In this document: positions 52,601 to 64,000 of the stretch, piece by piece
Layout of the letters: the number at the start of each line of letters is the position of its first letter
How positions within the stretch are numbered: position 1 is the first letter of the stretch
DNA from: Trichoplax sp. H2
Taxonomy: Eukaryota
NCBI GenBank assembly: GCA_003344405.1
Contig: NOWV01000280.1
Span: forward strand, 1 to 64,000
Reading direction: 5' to 3'
Length of the DNA stretch: 64,000 nucleotides
Notes under the pieces: generated by a model
Seen by the model: the letters and a program-made list of their open reading frames with translations, nothing else
The model's database searches: none
What the model was told of the DNA's origin: nothing
Position numbers and translations under genes: made by a program

Positions 52601-55600
52601 ATTTTAGTCGAGCAAGTAATGCTGTTATGAATAATTATTATATCGTCATTCAAGCTAGTTTCCTGGAAGTGACAGTTATTCAATATTTTAGTGCTACTAG
52701 TCGTAGCATATGATAAAAGTCTGTTTTCTCCTTACTATTACGCCTAAGTAATAGAATCTTTATTGCAAGAAAGCCAGCAATTACACATTATAGTCCAATG
52801 AAATTACCTCCGTAGTATTACGTTCTATGATTCGAATCGGATCGATAACTGCTTGCACCGTTAGAATAACGATACCGACCAGGACTATCATAGCAATAAA
52901 TAAATACAATTGCTGATTCGTAATAACCTGCAATTTTAAAAAGAAGTTATTTTATTTGGTGACACTTGAATCGCTTCCGTAAGGCTAAAACAGTCCAAAA
53001 TGCATGTCATGGGCTATTTCAAATGCTAGCGATCAACTGGCACAAAAATGAATGCCAGACTGCCTTCAAATGATTGTTCTGGTCAACAGTGTTGTATGCT
53101 ACCTTGCTTTTAGCACTTCTATTAGAAAAAATAACTTGCAAACGCCAAGTCTTGGTGAATAATGCACTAAATCCTGTCATAAACCCAAGTAAGAGTAACC
53201 ATGTTCTAGCCTATAATTGTAGAAAATGATCGAATAAGTAAGTATATCTGCATCGATTATAAATCACTTTATAGCATTTTTAGAGAATAAATTTCTGCAT
53301 TATGAAGCATTGATTATGCTAGTATTCGCATGTACTTATTATTTTTATATTGAAAATTTTTTGATATACTCGTTTTATGTACTTGATACGATGCTAGTTT
53401 TGTTATGATACTGGCTTCATATTTCTGTATCTAATATTTTATAAATCAGGGATAACTTGATATTGATTGTTAAAGAGACTCACTTATGATATTTTAATGT
53501 CTACCAGTTTGGACAGACAAAAACTATTCTTTGTTAATTTATTGGTTTATCTTGTTTACGTCTGTATAAGTGATAGCCTAGGAAATAACCGGTTTGTATC
53601 TCCCCAGAGTAGAATAGTAAAGGTATGTAAGGCTACGCGATTTAAGTGAAAGGATGTTCTCACTTTAGCAGCACAATTTCATAGCATGTGATGCCCATCC
53701 GCTATTGAGTCAGAGATATCAAAACTCTGATAGACTAATAAAGAACCTTCGTAACTCATTAATAACTGAAAATGTTACAGTGTTATTGCGAAATAAATCT
53801 AATTTATTTTACCTCGAGTGAATTGTAACAATACTAAAATTGGATAATTTAGTAATTATGTTAGGTTAAGTTTGCTGAGCTAATAATTTCACGAATCAAG
53901 CCACCTACCCAGCAAGCGGTTCGCAATAAGATCTTATTTGTACCAACCGATTCCGCATTCATACCAAGAAAGATAATGGATAGGTAACAGAATATGGCAC
54001 TAACGGCAATGATATTATTGATATTTGGACTAGCTACTTTGATAATTCTGTTGATGTTATCGTATGAAAGTAAAAAGTCCGTAAATTTGAGGTAGTTGAA
54101 ATTTTAATATACTGTGACCTATCAATGTATGGCATACTTGACTGACCTATTATTTCGATATAACATATTAAATGTCATAAAAAACAATGCCAGGGCTATG
54201 CCAAATCCAGATAGCACTACCATAGTAATATATAGGAAGAGTGGAACAGTATCTTTGTGAATTTTAATAGCTGGTAGATCAATTGGTGGTTTCCCGTCTG
54301 AAATAATATGCAAAATACAGTAACGGTTAAAATTGTTTATCCTTAACCGAATAACGTTATCAAGGCCAGTTTGTGTAGTTGATGATTATACAGAATAATA
54401 ATCAATATACTCATTGTGCTAGATAATAGTCCTTTAAGATTAGGATTGCAATGAATGCTATTTGTTGCAAGTAGCTTATTCTATTTTCTTTTGAGCTTAA
54501 TAATATATTCCGATATTGATTAATCTAAATACCGTACCTAGTAAGTGTACTAAAATAGCTTACCGTTAGTTCCCCAGCTAATGTTGACAGAATTATTCCA
54601 CACTACATTGTCCGTTTCTGTATAGTATAATCCAATCTCGACATTCTTTCCCTCTGGTGCATTTAGTATAGGAAGCAAAATGTATTATCAATAAACATCA
54701 TGCAATAAGGGTGTCCTTGATAACGGTAGAATTATTTTTGAAATTCATATCGTCAAATGGACTGCATACTAGTATTGTACTGAAAGCGTTCTTTCTTGCA
54801 GAATTATATCAAATTTCCGATATTACGCGACAAATAAAATTAAGTTCTTGTACATGGCAAACTTAATATTAAAGATTGGAAGAACTATTACTACTTTTTC
54901 CATTGTAACATTTAAATTTTAATATTGTAAAATAGTCGAGTAATAGTTAAATAGATTATATTATAGAGCAAAGTATTAATGAATATCTCGCATATAAAAC
55001 GTTGCTAACTGGTTTTGATTGTATTTTATAAGACAAGAAAGATGCGACTGGAATAGGTTACTTTAAAGATAGGAATACACGAAGATAATTGTGGAATAGT
55101 AGCAAGGAAATAAATTATTATACGTCGTTACTTTCTAGTCTTCTCAGCATTGCAACTCCTAATCGATCTCCTGCTTCAGTAAACGCGATTGGACCCTAAA
55201 ATTAGCATAAAAAGGCTTATTTTTATATCGAGAATGAAGAATATATTAGCTACTGTTGCGATTAATGTTACGCTAATAACCAACTTGATTATACTTTTGT
55301 AATGAAACATTTGTCGTATGATACTAGTTATGAATTATAAATTACTCATTTATTAAATATTCTTTTACTCATCATTCTAATCGTAATAGATTTCATGCTG
55401 AAAAACTTCCTTTAGTGACTACTTGAAGGTATAAGACTTTTGTATCGTATAAGTTCCTGCATGATTTTACATATGGTACCATTTTGTATTTAGTAATCTA
55501 GGTTAAATTTGAATCTTTTTGATTTTTTATCAATGAGTAACTTTACCGGTATACTATTTCGTGATATATCAGTAAATCAGTTTTGGAATGCATCAAGTAT

Positions 55601-58600
55601 GAGAATTTTAAATATGGTTAGTGTATTAAAAAATGTTTATCAGCACTGTTTAGTATCTTAATTGATTATCATACCGTCACACCATCAATTTTAGTTTTAG
55701 CCATTTCCGACCTGAAGATATCCAGGTACACTTTATCATTATAATCGAATTCCTCTAAAGTCTTATTATTCTCTACTAGACGTTGCATAGAATTGTTAAG
55801 GGCTAAAGCTATAACCCAAGTTGCATCATATGTAAATCCAGCGAACTTTTTGCCTCCTAGAAATTCATGAAACTGGGGCTGTTGACGATATATGTCATAA
55901 TCTTGTATCCATTCTCCAGGTGTCTATTTATGAATAAAAAGTTGAAAAGAATGTATCAGCTGCGATAAAAGTAATATTTACTCAATTTCAATATCTAACC
56001 AGGCCAGAAACTGTCGGTAGTTTGTTGGGCGATAGTGGTAATGGATCAGCAGAGAAAAATCCTTCCACCATACTATCCATAACAGCATCACTACATTCTA
56101 CATTGCCAATAACAACTTTGCCACTATCGCGTCCTCTCCACCAGTAGGGTTGGGTGAACCAACCAGGGCCAATCCAAGTGTACTTTGGTGGAGTTAGACC
56201 CAGATGGTAAGCCTAAAGATATGCAGCGAAAGTAAATTATTGCCGTGGTTTTATTACATCAAAGTTACATAGTAGAGAGAGGTTACTTTTGACTGTTTAT
56301 AAAGTTGGAAAAATTTATTGTAATTTAATTTTCGAAATCTCACTTACACGACATAATAGACGGCGGCCTGGCGAGGGGAAGAAACCGGTGTATATTATTC
56401 GAACAGAAGATTTCTACAAAAATTAAAGCATATTGTTATTAATTGCGATAAAAGTAAAAGTCTGCAATTCATGAAGATGATACAATAGACTTTAATATGA
56501 GTCAGAATCGCTAAGAATTACTGCTATAATAACGGGTAGAATGCCAACGGCATTAGTTATAAATTCCAATCTACGTTTAATGTTTTATACGTATAGAAGG
56601 AAGAAACATGTTCTACTTCTTTTTTGACTGGGTAATTATTGAGATCTACACATGAACGTGTAATCGATATTCATAGATCGATTGAAAATATGCGTTTTAT
56701 GATGATTTCGTAGTTCAGATTGAGTTTTACGCGATATTTGAGTTAATGGCATGAATACTAGTGATGAGTTAAGTGATTCCATAGAGTTTGCTAGATTGCA
56801 ATCAAACAAAGACGGTCATTATCAATCACTTAAAGAAAAATTTATTGCTTCAAGAATGAGAATAAATTGTAGATCGTCTAATTGTAATGAAAGAATAAGT
56901 CTCCTGCTATTACTACTGCTTCGCCTATGTAACCCAAAGTCTAGTCCTATTAGCTACCCTACTGTATTACTATAATTTGCTGTAATCATTACACTAGTGT
57001 TCTTCTATGTACAAGCATCTTTTAAAGTTATCTAATTAATATTCCAAATACCGAAGCAAAAGCATGCTTACAGTTAGATTTTTAAATTGGCTAGTAACTA
57101 CCGTATTTTTTATAATCGTAAAAGTCAAAAGCGTAGGAAGCCTAAATAACGAACTAGTTGTATATGGCCTATCTGTGCCTAATTATCTTATGTCCATGCT
57201 AACAAACGATGTTAATTTACTCTGAATACTTCCTAGTATTAAATATTTCATAAATTATTTGTGATAAATGAACTGATATATTGTAATACTTAACTTGCTA
57301 CTGAATATTTTAATTAGTTAGTATTACCGAAGATAAAGTAAACAAACTTCTGGACGTGTAATTAATTCTTATTGATAAGAAAAATGACACCAATACATAT
57401 ATACGCGTATATGCTTATAAATTACGCTTCATTTAAATCAATAAATGTATTCTCGGAAATGTGAAGGAAAGCGATCATAATTGTACTATTTTAGGTTGGT
57501 CTTGCGTATGGAATTTATTATTCTCTCTTCACTTTCACTATAGACTTTTATGAGCTTTAATTTAATTACTAACACATAAATAATAATTTTAATCTTTAAA
57601 AAGAGATGTAAAAGAAATTGCTGACAGTCACAAGTGCCGCCAATATCCTAATTTTAATCATTCCTATCATAACAGATTACAAGAGTAGCATTTATTGTAT
57701 TCTAAATTTAGCATTACAATAGCACAAACCTTGATTACACTTAGTCCTTGCAACGGATCTTTATTTGTTTCAAATGTATATGAAACAACAATATTGATTC
57801 CAGATGAGTTGGCTATACTAATGATACGATCTGCTAGCTGAAATTATATTTGGAATCGAAATTGGTTATACGCTCTTGAATATCTCCAAAAATGACTTAA
57901 TTTTTATATCAAGAGAATTAGTGAAGACTGAGATCTCTAATGTGCATAAAAGTGAAATAGATCACTAACTGATTTTTCGAGATCTAAATTCAAGATAAAT
58001 ATTTACTATTAAATTGTTACTAATTAATGGTATAGTGGGAATCTAAATAAGCATGATTATTAAAGAAAACTGTCTAAATTTGTATTCAGTAGTAGTAATA
58101 AATCAAGTATATAAGTATGCAGATTGGAATTAAAAGATCGGCTCATTTTTTTAAAGACGATATAAATTTTCGTATTTTGTGCCAAATTAGTTTAGTAAAT
58201 TGGTTTTATTGTGTATTTACTGCAAAGAAAATCACTTATTTCATAGTTATAATTGAATGGAAGCTAAATCATTTTTTGATAAGGAAAGAACGTTAATTCA
58301 TCAAGAATCGTACGGTAAATTATAATCAGGACCATACCGAGGTATACAAGTTGATTGATTCCACCATTACAGCGATATTTTTCCAGTTAAATCGTTTTAG
58401 GATAGAGAAATTAGGTTTGATTCGTTCATTTTCCGATGAACGCGTTCGAAAAAAATTAGGATAAAATTTTCGGTTGCTAAGTGCTGGTGATACTGATGCA
58501 TAGGAAATCTATTGTTGAAATATAAATATTAAGTCAAGTCCTTACCTTGACTAGATATTAAACTTATAATCACTGTATTGATTATTTAGATTAAACTTTT

Positions 58601-61600
58601 CTCATCTGTTTTCTAAAATATACTTCTTTAGATAATAAATAGCGCGATGTAAAATCTTGGATGTCAGCATTTAATGTCAATGATTGAAAATTATATACTA
58701 GGATATTAATATAAAAATATTGTTATAGCTATAGGATATTCTATATATAGTAACATATATATCTTATCCGTAGCAATCAATTCGATATAACTACTATAAT
58801 AGCGCGCAATATATTGAATAAAACTGTTTTGGTGAACAATAATATGTAAATCCTATCCATTACAATAAATTCGAAATAAAAGTTATAATACATGTAGTAT
58901 GTAATATATTGATTAAAAATTATTTTGATGAACAGTAGCTGATGACGAAACGATTCAATTGTATAAATTTGCGCTAATTGTGCTTCAACTTTATTAACGC
59001 TGTTACTGACAACTTTCAGCTATCTTCCAGTGGCATATTAAGTTTGTAATTGGAGTTTAGACGAACAACAAATATCAATGATCAGAAATCTTAATAATTC
59101 CGTAAACATAAGCCTCAATCGTGGTAGTAGTGAGAATACCACACATGACAATAAAGCATTGAAATCATTGCAGCTACCATGTATTAAATAATCTTTTAGC
59201 TGGTCAATATTTTAAGTACGTTATTGTGACAAAAGTTAAAAGACAGTAAGTCAATTTGAATACAGTATAGGGCAAATAAATTAATTTTTACATGCTTCTA
59301 TTAGCCATGCTTACAGCTGATATGGTTTTAATATGTTCAACTATTACAATATAATTATTCTATCGCAGTAGCGTCAAAATTTGAATGAAAGCTCTACTAA
59401 AGGTTTTAATATATCTATACTAATACGTGCGTTGTTAAATTATATTTGATTAAATTACAATATAGTCACAATAATCATGCATAATGCTGATAGAATCACC
59501 CATACGTATTATTTTCACCCAATTTGAGCCATTTAAGCAATAGTCTATAGCAATAAATGTACGGTATCAAGATTGAAACTATTTATTGCGATGGAAATTC
59601 GATCACGATTAAGTAGGACAGTAAGCCACAGTTCATATACTAAAGACGCAAGAATAAAGTTGAGCATATATCAAATTAACCTGAACAAGGTCGAATTCTC
59701 TGGAAGTTTGTGCCATTGGTTCGGTTACAGTGGAGCAAGCAGATCCCAATATCATAAGCTTCTTCGGAGGTGTACTCAATTGATGGAATAAGACCTTCAT
59801 ACCAGCACCAGCATTGCACTAAAATATTCGAGAATAAGCTCGTCACATTAACACAGTAAATCTTAATATAAAATCAATAAGACATAATTGTAGTTATTTT
59901 ATTTCAGCTAATATCAAGCGAAAGCGTCGATAACTGTATATCTTTGGAGTTGCTCCAAAACAAATTCAAAGTAATAATAATAATAATATTACAGCTCGTT
60001 GTTAACTGTGCTGAATTATTAGCTGGATATGCGATACTAATAGCATCAATAGAATGATTTAATTCATCATAAATCATTCGTATTACCGTTATTTTAAATA
60101 TTAATCGGATTCATATGCGATAAAGAGCAGCAAAATATTACAATGGATAGCTAAGATAACCCCCAAGATTAGCATAAGCTACGTTATAATCGCCTATATT
60201 TTGTTAATAAGTGTTGCAAGTTATCTTAAGATAGAGAAATTATAATGACTAAAAAAATGATCTTTTTGGCCTTAATTTGTTAAATAAATTTCAAGCTACA
60301 GTATTGCTTTTTTATCTACTCCTGGTAGACCGAAAAATTATAATATTAATAGAGATTAGAGATAATTAATAATTCTATTAGGTTGCAGGCTAATCGAGAT
60401 CTTGAAACAAGAAATCAGCTTAAAAATTATATCCTGAAGGGAAAAATTCGAAACTGAAACGGTACAGCAAGTGCTTGCGCTAGCTAAAATTTTCTATGAT
60501 GGTAATTTATTCAGTCATGGTAGAATCTTTCATTAAAAATGTTAATCATTATTTCTTGAGCAAATCTTCATATAACACTGTGACAATAGCAAGCTCATTG
60601 AGTAAAATCTATTAATTAATAAAGTTATAGATGTTAAGGGGATTATTCATATATGAAAAGTGAGTTGAGTGACCAACTGAATGAGTGATACTAAGTTGAG
60701 CTAAAATAGCTAATAGAATAGTAGAATATGTATGTTGTTCAAAAGTTATCTGTACGATAAAAGGTAGACTAAAATCAGTTGCCGGTATATAAGTGTAGAA
60801 ACAATTTTTGCAAAAGTAATTCCATTTTACATTATGTAAGGAAGTAGTTTTGCTGGATTGACGAAGGTAAAGAATGCCTATTTTGCATTATCTCGGTCTT
60901 GCTAAATACAAACTCGGATGCTTGTGTATTCAAATTTTACAGTTCGAAAATCCTAGAAATATTTATCTTGGTGTTGAGGAGTTACTTTTGTATAGAAGTC
61001 GTGTCATAGTTTTTAGTTTTATAAAATAAGCATATCTAAGAATACATTGATAGAAAATTTATCAATGCTGTTTTTTATTTTCTATTAGAAAAGCTGCATA
61101 ATTTTATAATTCATTTATGATCTAATTTTTAAATGTTCCTATACGTTCATTATAAATTGACCGATTTTTTTTAATAAAGCTTGAGTTCAGTTTTGTCGCG
61201 AAGAGACGTGACAAAACGTACAATTTGCTATAACCTCCTAATGATTGAGAGTTCGTTAGTATTAAGATTCGTGTTATAGGTAGTTGTCGGGAGGAAAAAT
61301 CCGACAGTAGGTTCTTAGTAATAACAATTTTTGGTGGAAGTTTAATTTTTCTCGTCACAATTTCAATTTTTAACACTTGGTAAGGCTTAGTTGCTGAATA
61401 TACATCTAGTTAACTGTTTCAGATCACTACGGTTCCATGAAAATTTGATAACGTGCAGCATTTTCTACGATATATGTATCGTTGCAATCACTATTACTAA
61501 GCGATATTTGTGTTTTATCTGAAAGTGGATTGAAGAAAGTTAAATTAAATTGAAAAGAAGTAAGAATAGGCAGATAGTAACAGGTAATAACTGTATTTTC

Positions 61601-62443
61601 CGTAGTAATCATTTGAGATAGTTAGATTGGAAGGCTTTACGAATATATATTGCTACATAGATAGATTTTAGTCCTTGCCATATACTTCTACTAGACGCAG
61701 AGAGCCCTTAGTTACAATTGAATTTATTCAAATGAAATTATTTGAAAACGTCTTAAAGTATTTTATACTATTCGTGGCCTTTTCATCTGTATCTAGCAAG
61801 TGTGAAAATGGTAAAAGTGCGTATAAGTTGTATCTTAAATATTAGAGAATTGGATCGTTTTCATTGCTAGTAAGTAGGAATATGTTTAATTCATAAATCC
61901 GTTAGGCAGGTAAAATATACAAGATATTTCGTAATTTTTTTTAGTTAGTCTTATCCTCAAACGTCGTTAATCTATTGATAATTTCAGAAAGAAATTACGT
62001 TTAATTTACTTATTCTTAAAAAATAACTATGTTGAAAATCTTTGGGATTGTAACAAGCAGAAGAAGTAAAGAGACGAAATCATTTAACGAAATCGATCTA
62101 ATGGCTAATGTGCAACATTCCAATAACGTTTAATGATACAATAAACTATGCTACTTACCCTAGCATTACCCGAAATCAATTTTAAATTATACCCTTGCAG
62201 TATATTAGAATTATTGTTAATATGTTCTAAAGCAAAATGAGTAGCAATTAGACAGTCACCAACACTAGTTCCATCGCCATCGAGTGAATAAGATCCACCA
62301 ATATAAATCGATTTTAGGCTATCTTTAGGGAGAGATAAAACAGTAATTTGTTGATTTTTAAATTGGCAATTTAAGAAAATTCCCATTATGATACACCACC
62401 AATTTCCCATAATATGCTGACGTGAATATTTAGTCCATTTCAT
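49608..62443 (-). CDS. Class C GPCR, GABA-B receptor-like (Venus flytrap + 7TM + short coiled-coil-like tail)
   Basis: VFT exons read IYIGGSYS...ALEHINNNSNILQGYNLKL, CNAGAG...LMILGSACSTVTEPMA, ISYASVSPALSNRKFYPNFFRT, AYHLGLTPPKYTWIGPGW, FTYDATWVIALALN and GPIAFTEAGDR. 7TM exons read IKVASPNINNII, FSALFTKTWR, AWRTRNI...NDSKYIGLAIYNV and CLIFIPK. The tail reads KEKDDEIIELHKTIEELRASIENNQK* (stop 49608-49610). The start codon is taken from the ORF track. Confidence 0.9.
50095..51454. other. Apparent duplication across a 20-N assembly gap (51083-51102), probably two haplotypes
   Basis: 50095-51082 minus the insertion matches 51103-51454, with five substitutions counted by eye over ~350 bp. Confidence 0.8.
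50240..50870 (+). mobile_element. 631-bp solo-LTR-like insertion (TG...CA) with 5-bp TSD GTCAA, in a GPCR intron
   Basis: The filled site reads aaat-GTCAA-[TGTCACA...TGTAACA]-GTCAA-ttact. The empty site aaat-GTCAA-ttact is present at ~51239-51252. Confidence 0.82.
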
Positions 62444-64000
62444 GATTTCTTGTCAGTATAATTGATCAGCGATAAGCTAGTAAATTATAATAATTGATTT
62501 ATGACTGCTAATTTAAGTGTTGTTGTTAACATCACCATTCCTGCGCAAAATGTTTTTTATTTCAAATTTTTTTTACCTTTGAAATCATGTGGAAAATTAT
62601 GAATAAGCAAGGTTTAAAATAAATAATGAAGCTAAGTACTTTATATAAGAGTCACATTATTTTATTTCAATTTTGCTATTGTATAGATAATATGCTTTAT
62701 TATCGTAATTCAGTGTCTACGTAAAGTTGTGTTGTCCTGTGATATTACGAAACCTGTATGTGAATACGTCAATAAATTATAAATATCACAATATTTCTTT
62801 TTATATGCTAGCTGGATGGGCATGGAAAAAAACCAATTATTTACGTATTTCTATCTATTAACTTATATTGTCTCATAGTTAGCAAGATAATTATCATGTG
62901 AATTGCCTATTTAGAATGCTTTCAAATAAATTATAACCGGTATCTTGTAATCAATACTATATTCATTGCATTATGGATGAATTTATTCAAAATTAAAAGC
63001 GATCGAGAAAATGATATAATTTCAATATTGTAACCACCTCGTAAAAACGAGTAAATAAAAATAGATAATGAATTTAGAAGGATATTTTCTTTTCAACGTG
63101 ACTATAACTAAAAAATTTTATTCCTATTTTCAGGCAAAACAAACAAGCCTTTATGGTAATCACTGAAGTAGCCTTAATGGATAAATAAGATATTTAAGTA
63201 AAGCTTTTTAGAGGCTTAGATAATGATTGAATGAAGGAGCGAAGGCTCTATTTTGTCAAATAAAGTTTATGAAAAACTCAGAGAACGGTATTATTAAGTA
63301 TAGAAGTTTTGGCTTTTCATCATTAGATAAAGCTTATGAATGCTTCAGAATTAGTTATTGCTATTTGAAAAATTACGGGCTCTTAGTTGGAATATTATAG
63401 TATAACGGTGCTAAATTAAGGATTTAAGAAGTTTTATTGATTATCTAGTGGGTTGTCTTTGATCTATAATACCATTTTTATCTCTAAATACGGTAACAAT
63501 GTAAAGATGTCATTATCTTTCCGCATTGTTTCCGAGATACTTAGAGAATATACCGGAATACTATTTTATTATCGCTTGCTATAATATATTTTAAACTGAT
63601 CGAAAATGAACTCTTTAAGAAAATTAGTTATCGACATATGTATCGCATTATTTTAAGCTTTATTATGATAATTACTAAACGACTAAATGTCTCCTTTGCA
63701 ATATTTTTTTCATTAAAAGTAATAACACAAGAATCATCACATTTTTTTGATTATTCAGCAATGTTGATGCAGTTCGTAAGTATGAACGCATAACAAGTAA
63801 ATTCCATAAATAAGCTACTAAGCCTTTGATTAGGCCTGCTAGTTACTAACTCTAATTGTTATTTTCTTTATGAGATTAAAATCTTCGCGAATATATATCA
63901 ATATTCTGGTACTGCAGCGGCCTTATAAAAGTTTTTCGTTATTGCATGCTAACGTGATATAGTGCAAGCTTTAGGATATTTTCTAGACAATTTACAATTA

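Overview
AT-rich, intron-dense animal genomic DNA with short introns. Placozoan (Trichoplax-like) is my best guess by inference, not shown directly. Most entries in the ORF track are single exons or spurious. Manual splicing gives eight protein genes: a MAP4K3/5-like kinase with CNH domain (+), a TMEM160-like mitochondrial membrane protein (-), two tandem paralogous type-I membrane receptors (-) with MAM-kringle-SRCR(-SRCR-MAM)-TM architecture and PPxY/LPxY tails, DUS3L (-) head-to-head with TTI1 (+), a TRPA-like channel (-) whose ankyrin N-terminus I could not find, and a GABA-B-like class C GPCR (-). The most notable non-coding signal is a ~700-nt highly structured + strand RNA at ~28.83-29.53 kb. 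It ends in a U17/snR30 (SNORA73)-type 3' hairpin with m1/m2 motifs and an ACA box, and lies 69 nt upstream of a 3' splice site of an apparently non-coding host transcript. A 631-bp TG...CA element with a 5-bp target-site duplication is seen in both filled and empty states on either side of an N gap. CAGTA/TACTG runs mark promoter regions. All domain and family calls come from recognition by eye, not from searches.
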